From positions 18,910,001 through 18,974,000 of the forward strand of contig OZ024755.1 of assembly GCA_964016885.1 (NCBI GenBank): a DNA stretch of 64,000 nucleotides. Reading direction: 5' to 3'. Below, one piece after another: positions 53,027-64,000 of the stretch. The position numbers and the translations under genes are program-made. This stretch comes from Eledone cirrhosa. Lineage: Eukaryota. The number at the start of each line of letters is the position of its first letter. The first letter of the stretch is position 1. The notes under the pieces are model-generated. The model did no database searches, had not been told where the DNA came from, and saw nothing but the letters and a program-made list of their open reading frames with translations.

Positions 53027-53817
53027 CTCTTTTGATACCAAACCATTTGAAACCACCCTTGGTTTTATGATACAAATCTGTTTGTTTTAACCCTTTAGCA
53101 TTCACATTACTCTATATATACTATTATATTTTCACGGTAAAGGCTTTACCTCACATAATCATCTCACATAATATCGAATCTATGAGATTTTGAAAGTATT
53201 TATTTTGAGAAGAATACCTTAACATCAGTTTGAGCGACCAGTTACAGCCAGTTTCAACAGAAAGAGGTAGAGAATTCTGGCCGGTTTTGGCCAGTTTGAA
53301 CATTAAAGGGCTAAAGAATTTATAAAGTACATATAAAAACATTCTATCATAACTTTATGTAAAATTGTAAGAGATAACTTGTACATTCATCTCTATATAT
53401 GTCAATGAAAAATGGAAGTAGGTATATGTGTAAATAGTTTAACCCTTTAGCATTTACATTACTCTATATATACTATTGTATTTTTGTGGTTTTTGAGGCT
53501 TTACCTCACATAATATCGAATCTATGAGATTTTGATATTATTTATTTTGAGAACAATACCTTAACATCAGTATGAGCAGCCAGTTATGGCTGGTTTGAAC
53601 AGAAAAAAGTGAGAGAATTCTGGCCAGATACAGCCAGTTTAAATGCTAATGCATCATGAATTTATATAAGAACCTTTATAAAATTATCTTCCAAAACATC
53701 AGCTTAATAATTAGAAAATTACTTATATTACAAAATCTTTTCAAATTCTTTATCATTTTCAAAATTATTTCAAAATCATAGGCAATGTTTTTCATAAGAA
53801 ATATGGGAATAAAAGGG
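53027..53817 (-). mobile_element. MITE family 2 containing two nested MITE family 1 copies (53091-53310, 53443-53649)
   Basis: Outer ttaa|ctcttttgatacc ... aaaaggg|ttaa; inner copies start ttaa|ccctttagcatt. Confidence 0.75.
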
Positions 53818-54060
53818 TTAATCTTCTGCTGTTCTTGCACCCATTCTTAATCAAGATCTCACATCTATCTACCAAAGCTTATTACTCCCTTTAAGTCTAT
53901 AAAATCAGTCCCTTCCATATGATAACCAAATATAATCTAGATGTTGCTGTTATCATTCAGTAATATTTATAGCCTAACAAACCTTTCAAAAATGTTTTAC
54001 CCTATCACAGGATTACCCCCATATCATCAATCTTATCTACACATCCATTATTTCTTAACA

Positions 54061-54130
<70 letters not shown>

Positions 54131-54211
54131 GTTATTCAGGGTTGAATTGGAGGTAACCACAGTAAGTAAGGTACTCAATACATTGCAGAGTATAAAAGTT
54201 TTAATATAGAT

Positions 54212-54264
54212 GAGATTTTACAGGACTAGAACTGTTTCATTCTTTAGAAATCATCAGGAATCCC
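54212..54264 (-). ncRNA. Hammerhead motif with intact boxes but mismatched helix-closing pairs
   Basis: GGGAUUC CUGAUGA UUUC UAAA GAAU GAA ACAG UUCUAGUC CUGU A AAAUCUC; within (TA)n-flanked relic 54131-54285. Confidence 0.6.
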
Positions 54265-54682
54265 TATAGAGAGAGTGTGTTAAGAAATATATATATATGT
54301 ATTTATTTATGTATGTATATAAGTATAAAGAAAATGCTGAAGAGCAGAAATGTTATAAAGATACCTTATAAAGTAGGGTGAAGACCCTTAAAAGACAGAA
54401 AAAGAAGTTGTCATCAGCTGTTATGAGGTATTGAACCCCATATCTTCCAGATACAAATACTTGTTACTTCTTACTCTTCCTTCACCTTCCTCTTCCCTCT
54501 CACTAACCCTCTGCCCTTACATATCCTTTACCAGTTGTTGGGTTCTGTCTGCTCCAAACATCAGACTTCTCACCTTCCTCATAACATAACATTTATTTCA
54601 CTGTTTAACCCTTTTATAACTATATATCTAATGAAATACTCCATGTTTTAATTGTTTAATAAAGAATTTGGATGGACTTGTT

Positions 54683-55217
54683 AATAATAATAATTGTTTC
54701 TACTTTAGGCACAAGGCCAGCAATTACCCAGTACATTACTGGTACTTTATTTTATCGACCCCGTAAGGATGAAAGGCAAAGTCACCCTCGGCGGGATTTG
54801 AACTCAGATCATAAAGGGACGTAACTATGCTGGAAAGCATGGCGTCCGACCCTCTACTGATACTGCCAATCCACCAATAATAATGAAATTATTGTGTACA
54901 GTGCTCAGGTGCACTACAACTAATCAAAGATGCATGTATAGTACATAGAATAATGTACAAATGTCTGGAAAATGAACAGTGTACAAGTCATGAAATACAT
55001 GTGTCCATGTGTATGGAGGGGGGGACATCAGGTGTAGTGTTGGTGAATCTCAAGAAGCATGGAGGTTTAATCCTTTCACATTTAAACTGGCCATATAGGG
55101 CCAGAATTCTCTCACTTCTTTCTGATCAACCCGACAATAACTGGCTGCTCATACTGATGTTACAGTATTGTTCTCAAAACAAAATATACAATACTATATA
55201 TAGAGTAATGTAAATGC
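54683..55217 (-). mobile_element. Composite insertion: SINE A + CR1/L2 3' end + MITE-1 fragment
   Basis: 23-bp direct repeat taaagaatttggatggacttgtt at 54660-54682 and 55218-55240, inside a MITE-2 copy. Confidence 0.75.
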
Positions 55218-56730
55218 TAAAGAATTTGGATGGACTTGTTCTATTTATCAATCACTTTTTTTTTTATTAAGATGGTGTCTGTAACATAACATAAGGTTCT
55301 TATATCAAATTTAGTTCATGGGTTTTAATTTAAATAGAACCACTTTAAAATGGGCAGATTGGTATCATATAACAAGGAGCAGTTTCAGGCAGGTTGATAC
55401 CAAAGGGATTAAATTATTTATAGTGATTATTAATGAATTAATAAATATAATCATATTCATACATATTTAGTCACACTGTAAAATTAAGTTCACAACAGCT
55501 TTATTAGACATGGCAGATGGAATAGATGCTAGAAAGACCTCATCATAGATGACATGGCATTAAATAGAAATATTTATTAGATATGAAACCAATGATAATT
55601 GTTGATGATAAGGTCATTTTGTTTCCTTTATAAGACACAATAGCTGTGAGACAATCACAAATTCAAAAACAGTTTGTTTGTACATGAAAATGTACAGCTT
55701 GGGTACATGAAAATGTGCTTCATTCAGTCTGTTTAGATGACAATAAATATCACTTCTACTTCACAAATGATGTGCTAAGAGCATCTAACCAGAAAAAGCA
55801 ACTGTTCCAACACTATGCAAATATCAACCAACCATGATAGCTAGCATTTAGAATTAAATGAATAAACAAACAGTTTTTGATCAGGTGCACAGTCCATTAT
55901 ATAACAGTTTACCTTCTTACAGTATGATCATATCAAATATAATTTATAAAGCCAGATATACTTCATACTGCTAACATAACAGGCCTAGACTTGTACTTTT
56001 ATTGAAAATATTTTTCAAAATTCAAGGTAATGTTGTAAGAGACAACTAAAAGGGTTGGTGCCAGGAATCTGACCATAAAGCATTTCCTCCAAAATGGATA
56101 CCACAATAGGTACAACAATTCTCATGGGACTCACAAGGAAAACCTCAGAATGCTTTCTATTGTTCTTGTTGTTCATATCTAGATTGGTTTAGGGCAGTTT
56201 ACTTGCAGTTATTAGATACAGTATATTTTCAATTCTAAAATACCCATGTCTCGCTCCCTGTTATCTGCACACATAACAGTTCCATAATAATTTCATAAAG
56301 AGAGACATATTTTCAGGATATACTACTATACAAAAGAAGACAATTGAACAGAATTTATTGTTTTGTCTTTTCTAGACAAAAGCATTTATGAAAGTATGTA
56401 AAGATGCTGGAACATTTTATGAATGTTTCCCCTGAGGATAACTAGCAAATGTTTACATAAGAAAAGGTAAGCAGGTAGTACATTAAGATGGACAACAACA
56501 ATACTTTAGAGAAAAGTATTTCTTCATCTAAATGGAAAACTGTTACAGGAACATTTATACTTCTTTCATGCATAAAAGTACAGAAATATTTGCACACAGC
56601 ATCACACATGTAAACACAATGAAGTCATCCAAGAAATATGAATTAGCTATTCACATGGGTATATAAAAAATACTTTCCCATAAGAGAGGAGCTATAATTA
56701 CAGTTACAATATATCTATATCATCATTTTT

Positions 56731-56970
56731 CGGTACAATGTAATGGCAAAATGGAGATATTTAAAGGATGGGGACGTTGCGTGTGACTGCGGCATCAAAC
56801 CACAGACTACACAGCACCTACTGATATGCCCTCTGCTGGAACACCCCTGCACAGCATTGGACTTTGCAGAGTTTAATGAGAAAGGACAGTATTGTGTGCA
56901 GCTATGGTGGAACCACATCTAGCAAAGCTTTGTAACTGACGCTCTTGTGGACACGATAAGAAGAAGAAGA
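56731..56970 (+). pseudogene. Vingi/Ingi-like LINE 3' end with CCHC motif
   Basis: Open frame 56731-56922: RYNVMAKWRYLKDGDVACDCGIKPQTTQHLLICPLLEHPCTALDFAEFNEKGQYCVQLWWNHI*, short UTR, gacacgat(aag)n tail. Confidence 0.8.
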
Positions 56971-57217
56971 ATAGTTTGCAATATACACATGTTCAATATA
57001 AGACTAAAGACATATCTCTCCAGATTGTAATATCTTACAAAACATTTGTGGAGGTGAAAAGGGCTGTGTGTATATAAGGTGCATATCATACATAAGGTGT
57101 TAATGCTGTGTGTATCTGGTTTTCGAATAGATATACAATATCCCTGCATGTCATATGAGGTGAAGAAAAGAGTTGGTACCAAGACGGGCATCCAGTTTTA
57201 AAACATTATCTAAAAAA

Positions 57218-57790
57218 GGGAGAGGACTGGTCTAACCCATGCTGTACAAGAAAGGACATGACTACTCCATGCTATACAGGAGAGAACTGGTCTAATCCAT
57301 GCTGTACAGGAAAGGACATGTCTAATCCATGCTATACAGGAGAGGACTGGTCTAATCTCTGCAAGCCTGGAGAGGAATGGTCTAACCCATGCAAGCCTGG
57401 AGAAGGTTTGTTTAACCCATGCTGTACAGGAGAGGACTGGCATAGCCCATGATGTATAGGAGAGGGATGGTCTAACCCATGCAAACCTGGAGAGGAATGG
57501 TCTAACCCATGCTGTACAAGAAAGGACATGACTACTCCATGCTATACAGGAGAGAACTGGTCTAATCTCTGCAAGCCTGGAGAGGAATGGTCTAACCCAT
57601 GCAAGCCTGGAGAAGGTTTGTTTAACCCATGCTGTACAGGAGAGGACTGGCATAGCCCATGATGTATAGGAGAGGGATGGTCTAACCCATGCAAACCTGG
57701 AGAGGAATGGTCTAACCCATGCTGTACAAGAAAGGACATGACTATTCCATGCTATACAGGAGAGAACTGGTCTAACCCATGCAAGCATGG
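57218..57790. repeat. 30-bp minisatellite (about 19 units, 210-bp higher-order duplication) within an RTE-type 3' tail
   Basis: ggagaggactggtctaacccatgctgtaca units; preceded by gggcatccag motif and ending in tctaacccatgcaagcatggg...gatgatg. Confidence 0.92.
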
Positions 57791-58254
57791 GAAAAGGAAT
57801 GTAAAATTGATGATGGTGATGATGATGGTGATGATGCAGCAAATATAAACCAATCAGCACAATCCTAGAATATGTTGGTCTAATTATTTCTGTAGATTAA
57901 AAATGGTAAATGCTGCCCAAATTACAATTTTCTAACCACAAAATATTATATCAAGTTGTCCCATATATAAACAACAGTTTGAATTAAATTATCCTAAACA
58001 TTCTCACCAGTTTCATTGTTTTAGCAGTTCTTTGTCTGGTTGAAAAAAAAATATAAGAAACAATGTTGTTTTGTGCTATTATTATAGGGAGAGGTGGGTG
58101 AAAAAAAAATCAATATTACCAAACTGTGAAGGACATTAACATACAGCTAACTTAAAAAATTGTCAAGGAATAATTACCATCATTCATATTATCATCACCA
58201 TCATGATACAATTATACAGTTATGTATTACAATGATCTGCACTCTGTACTACTA

Positions 58255-59352
58255 TGGTCTGTTCTATGTACTACTATAATGTATACTAATGTACTAATAT
58301 ATGATGTGTACTATGCTGCAATGATCTGTACTATGTACTACTATAATGTATACTAATGTACTAATATGATCTGTACTATGTACTACTATAATGTATACTA
58401 ATGTACTAATATGATCTGTACTATGTACTGCTATAATGTATACTAATGTACTAATATGATCTGTACTATGTACTGCTATAATGTATACTAATGTACTAAT
58501 ATGATCTGTACTATGTACTGCTATAATGTATACTAATGTACTAATATGATCTATACTATGTACTGCTATAATGTATACTAATGTACTAATATGATCTGTA
58601 CTATGTACTACTATAATATATACTAATGTACTAATATGATCTGTACTATGTACTACTATAATGTATACTAATGTACTAATATGATCTATACTATGTACTG
58701 CTATAATGTATACTAATGTACTAATATGATCTATACTATGTACTGCTATAATGTATACTAATGTACTAATATGATCTGTACTATGTACTACTATAATGTA
58801 TACTAATGTACTAATATGATCTGTACTATGTACTGCTATAATGTATACTAATGTACTAATATGATCTGTACTATGTACTGCTATAATGTATACTAATGTA
58901 CTAATATGATCTGTACTATGTACTACTATAATATATACTAATGTACTAATATGATCTGTACTATGTACTACTATAATGTATACTAATGTACTAATATGAT
59001 CTATACTATGTACTGCTATAATGTATACTAATGTACTAATATGATCTATACTATGTACTACTATAATGTATACTAATGTACTAATATGATCTATACTATG
59101 TACTACTATAATATATACTAATGTACTAATATGATCTATACTATGTACTGCTATAATGTATACTAATGTACTAATATGATCTATACTATGTACTGCTATA
59201 ATGTATACTAATATGATCTATACTATGTACTACTATAATGTATACTAATGTACTAATATGATCTATACTATGTACTACTATAATATATACTAATGTACTA
59301 ATATGATCTATACTATGTACTGCTATAATGTATACTAATGTACTAATATGAT
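58255..59352. repeat. 45-bp AT-rich minisatellite, about 24 copies
   Basis: atgatct(g/a)tactatgtact(a/g)ctataatgtatactaatgtactaat. Confidence 0.97.
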
Positions 59353-59454
59353 GTGTTCTCAGCAAATGAACCAACTACATTACACTGAACCTACTGTTAG
59401 TGCATTCTAAAAGTATCTAAAAACAAACATGAATGACCCAACCTCCACATTTCT

Positions 59455-59935
59455 ATAGATTTATCTTTTTTACTTATGAAATAAATATTCTTTTTATAAT
59501 TATCTGAAACATTTAGGGCAATAGATTGGCCGAATCAGTAGAGTGTAGGGCAAAATTCCACATGGTATTTGTTCCAGATCTTTGTTCTGTGTTCAAATCC
59601 CACTAAGGTCAACTCTGCTTTTCATCCTTCCAAATCCAATAAAATAAAGTACCAGTCAAATACTGGGGTGAGAGGAGTGTCACGTAATCAACTTTCTCCA
59701 CCCCTGAAAATAGCTGTGCTTTGTGCCTAAATTAGAAACCATTATTGTTGTGGTTTGGCAGTATCGGTAGAGGGTCGGACAACATGCTTTGTAGCACAGA
59801 ATTACACCCCTTTCTGATCTGAGTTCAAATCCTGCCGAGATTAACTTTGCCTTTCATCCTTACGGGGTCGATAAAATAAAGTACCAGTAATACACTGGGA
59901 TAATTGTGGCCTTGTGCCAAAAGTAGAAACAATTG
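59455..59935 (+). mobile_element. Older SINE A followed by a younger SINE A at its tail
   Basis: 59455-59745 and 59748-59935. Confidence 0.85.
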
Positions 59936-60349
59936 TTGTTAGTTAGGAGGTGCTGGAACAGACAAAAAAGTACTAAATTACAGCAGACATGTATCAACAG
60001 GGTGTTGTTGGTGGTGGGTTGTAAGTGACCGTTCTACCTTCTAGAAATAGCAGTCAAATTTCTCCTCATATCATACCATAGTGTCCTGAAAATAAAAGGA
60101 AAGGACACACTGGATGATGTAGTCCTAGATACACTATGCCAACAAATGGGACAGAAGTGTCATAGTTCTATTTGATCTCAGTTGACCTGGAACTTGACAA
60201 CTGGACTGGACACTTCAATTTATCTAGATTTATAATCTAATATCTACATATCTGGTAACTTGCTGGGTTTTTTTGTTTTTTTTTTGTCTTCCAACTCATC
60301 TGGAATTGTTAAATTAAATACCAGAAAGATGTTTAATTCAATCAATCAT

Positions 60350-60600
60350 AATTCTGACCCCTATTACAAGTCTAACAATGAGTTTTTTGAGTGGGTGGAG
60401 AAATAATTCTGATCCCTATTACAAGTCTAACAATGAACTGCCTGAAGTGGTGGGCAAATCCTGATTATGATCCCTATTACAAGTTTAACAATGAGCTTTC
60501 TGAGGAGCCCGGTGGGGGTGAAATCCTGATTATGATCCCTAATACAGGTTTAACAATGAGATTTCTGAGGGGGATCAGTGGGGGTAAAATCAAGATTATA
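60350..60600. repeat. Diverged tandem repeat, 4 units of about 57-67 bp
   Basis: tgatccctattacaagt(c/t)taacaatga recurs. Confidence 0.8.
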
Positions 60601-61122
60601 ATAATTTTATCATTATGCAAGTATGTGAAATCCTTTCAGAGTTCGCTTACATTAGTATAATGCTCTTGAGAAATATTTGGATGTCATAGTCTAGTTTCTT
60701 CTCCCTTTTAAACCTAGGAACCCCATATCATCATCATCATCATCATCATCACCATTATCATTTCTCAGGAAGAAATCATCATCGCCACCATCTTCATAAC
60801 TAAAAATGTCTTTACAGGATATGCAGTGTGTTGGTAGGTGGTGTATCTATTTCCATCGCAAGAATAATTTTCTGTCAGAATTAAGCAATCAGTCATTTTG
60901 TGTTGAAGAAAACCTAAATGTTATGAAGTTTCCTTAATGTTAGACGCCATCAATCATACAACATATTTTCCCCTAGTTAACCCTCTCATTACCATATTTA
61001 TAATGAAATACATAGTATTTGAATTATTTAAAGAAGAATTTGGAATGATTTACTAAATATATTAATTATTTAATTATTAAGATGATATTTGTAACATAAT
61101 ATAACAAAAGGTTCTTCTATCA

Positions 61123-61299
61123 AATAATTGTTTCTACTTTCGGCACAAGGCCAGCAATTACCCAGTACATTACTGGTACTTTATTTTATCGACCCCGTAA
61201 GGATGAAAGGCAAAGTCAACCTCGGTGGGATTTGAACTCAGATTGTAAAGGGACGTAACTATGCTGGAAAGCATGGCGTCCGACCCTCTACCGATACTG
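61123..61299 (-). mobile_element. SINE A with TSD atcaaataat, inside a MITE-2 remnant
   Basis: Family motifs; direct repeat at about 61119 and 61300. Confidence 0.85.
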
Positions 61300-61566
61300 A
61301 TCAAATAATGTTGGTAGGTCTTAATTTAAATAAATACATGGTTGGTTTTATTTTGTCAGGGTAAACCATCCCACTCAAATGTGTAGCCTTGCATTTATAT
61401 TAGAGTATTGGACAAAATCCTGCCAAGGTCAACTTTGCTTTTTATTCTTCCAAGGTTGATAAAATACCAGTTAAATATTGGTGTAGATTTCATCAACTGT
61501 TCCCCTCTTCCCCCAAATTGTTAGTCTCTTGCCTAAATCAGAAACGGTTGTTATAACTTATTAAAA

Positions 61567-61963
61567 GGGTGGTGGATCGGCAGTATCAGCAGAGCATTGG
61601 ACACCATGCTTCACGGCATAGAGTTACGCCCTATACATTCTGAGTTTAAATCCCGCCAAGGTTAGCTGGGACGAAAAAATAAATCACCAGTAATGCACTG
61701 TGGTCAATTTAATAGACTTTCCTCTTCCCCAAAATTGCTGGCCTTGTGCCTAAATCAGAAACCATTATTATGGTGGATTGGCAGTATCGGTAGAGGGTCG
61801 GACGCCATGCTTTGAAGCATAGAGTTACGGCCCTTGCCATTCTGAGTTCAAATCCCGCTGAGGTTAACTTTGCCTTTCATCCTTACGGGGTCGATAAAAT
61901 AAAGTACCAGTAATACACTGGGGTAATTGCTGGCCTTGTGCCAAAAGTAGAAACCATTATTAT
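61567..61963 (+). mobile_element. SINE A dimer (older then younger)
   Basis: 61567-61770 and 61771-61963. Confidence 0.88.
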
Positions 61964-62344
61964 TACTGTTAATGGCATCACTGCTCCTGCTCTATTTTCA
62001 ACTTCCCCTATGTCAGTTAGAATATAGTGACCATGGTTTCTATATTGTTCTTTAGTTCATTTCTATATGATTAAATACTTTACTACATCAGCAGACACTG
62101 TTAAGGGACATGTAAACAGTTTTTTTTATTCTGTCGTTGACTTACCCCAATTAGAGACTATGATTATATGCAATTAGAAGGAAACACAATCTCCAAGTAC
62201 ACCCAACATCATCATCATTGATTAAGTAGACCTATCATTAACAGCAGTCCATTTGTGACCACCCTATCTTTTTTTAAATGTAAATATATCGGACAATGTC
62301 CTATGTTTATTCATGTTTTCTAGCTATTTGTACAATAGCGTTGT

Positions 62345-62572
62345 CTAGTGGCAAGGGTGTTGGTCTACAATCATAATGTCATGGTTTCAATTCCTGGACT
62401 GGGTTGTGTGTTGTGTTCTTGTGCAAAACACTTCATTTCATGTTGCATATTACTCCAGTATACTCAGCTGAAAATTAGTACCTACAGCAAATGATGAAGG
62501 TGCGATGAACTGGTGTCCTATCCAAAGGGGAAGTGTTGCACTCTCAGTCACTTCCTGCCACAGAAACCAGAC
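62345..62572 (+). mobile_element. SINE B variant
   Basis: Aligns with 27715-27935. Confidence 0.75.
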
Positions 62573-62615
<43 letters not shown>

Positions 62616-62620
<5 letters not shown>

Positions 62621-62847
62621 AACAAGTATGACCCCGACGGCAGAGCTCAAGCCGTTTCGACAGCTAATTCTGGACTAAAAAAAAAAAAAATAAATAAATA
62701 AATAATAAAAAATCCAGAATTAGCCGTCGAAACGGCTTGAGGTCTGCCGTCGGGGTCATACTTGTTCCTATTACCCACTCTACGACCTTAAGTATTGAGT
62801 ACTTTGGTCCGTTATGGTCCATCTGGTTCCTTACCACATTTCCTTCG

Positions 62848-62850
<3 letters not shown>
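62616..62850 (+). mobile_element. Probable Penelope-like relic: about 60-bp inverted arms, A-rich spacer, tail
   Basis: 62616-62675 versus 62712-62772, containing GAAAC; tail with attgagtact; (TA)n on both sides. Confidence 0.65.
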
Positions 62851-62902
<52 letters not shown>

Positions 62903-64000
62903 TTATGTATGAACAAGTCATGGTCTCCTGAACTGACTTGCCTCAAATAGGACAACGTGTCTAACCCATGCTAACATTGAAAATAGATGTTAAACGATGA
63001 TGATGATATATATATATATATAAACAGCAATTTTGATTTCAAAAATTAGACTGTGTTGGTTACAATGAAAATATATTAAAGAAACACGTGAGACAGAGAC
63101 AGAGACTGACAAAGGAAACAGAAAAACCTGAAAAGGACAAACACATGGACAGTTCTTGTTCAGCTTTTGGGGATCATTATAGTTTTGGCTGATTTATATA
63201 TATATATATTCTGTTGAGTAATTTGCGTCTTCATAACAAACAAGATGTAGCATGTCTTGTGAGACTCAGCACCATGAGAAACTTCCATTGTAATACGTGT
63301 GTGTATGGGGTGGGTGGGGTTAATGTGTGTGACTTCCAACTAAATAACTAAATAATACTAAAAACAACTTGCATACACCAAATCTGTTGTTGTCGGAGTT
63401 GAGGTAATTTTCCTCTTCAAAGAATATCAAAATATTATGTCAGCAATACTCCCCTTTTTTTTTCCTTTTTTTTCTCCCCGGTGAATCTGCTCATCTACCT
63501 GCCTGCCTGTCAGATATAGTGATATAAATAGGGACTAAAATAACCCAAGCATCTAGCATGCTTTACAGATGAAATAGTCAAGGATGAAGGAAGACGAACA
63601 AAAACAAAAGATAGCAGTTTTTCCTGCTACTTTCTATTTCTGATATCTATATTTACATCTATTTTAATATGTTGGTGACTAAATAGCTGTCCTGTTTCCT
63701 TGCTGGTGAGCTAATTATATCTCAGTGCTACCATTTCTGAATACTTACAGAGATTATCTATCTACAGTTTACTCCAAAATTACCTGAACATCTGGCTGGG
63801 CTTAACAGCTCAACATTTACATCAATTTATAATGTAGACATGCAGTCAGATCTTCCTCTCCATACATTATTAATAGAGATATTTACATCAATCATTTTAC
63901 TTATGTCATTTTGTTTTTTAACTTCTTTATGAAAGGAAGCTTTTAACATTTATAGGGGGAACAACCATCAGGACACCTTCAAGGTTATACCCATTATTAG

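Noticed and set aside
57210-57860. 216-aa repetitive ORF
   Set aside because: Product of a 30-bp minisatellite and the (CAT)n tail of an RTE relic

Overview
AT-rich, repeat-dominated eukaryotic DNA. The SINE, RTE-tail and microsatellite complement resembles octopod cephalopod genomes (inference). I found no intact host gene or convincing exon, and every long ORF in the track arises from simple or tandem repeats. The window holds about 30 tRNA-derived SINEs of one Meta-domain-like family, a second CORE-like SINE family, 3' fragments of RTE, RTE-X-like, CR1/L2, CRE and Vingi/Ingi LINEs, two decayed mariner-type transposases, TTAA-flanked and hAT MITEs, and many minisatellites. The most notable signal is at least ten type I hammerhead-ribozyme motifs or relics in short, probably Penelope-derived elements that mostly sit in or beside (TA)n tracts. 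Several have a complete catalytic core and closed helices (36882, 49666, 40977). One lies in a 485-bp terminally redundant, retrozyme-like unit, and two form a 330-bp palindrome. A second theme is chimeric or locally templated SINE insertions: composite inserts under one target-site duplication, and an exact inverted copy of nearby DNA fused to a SINE 5' end. All folds and alignments were done by eye; element boundaries are approximate.
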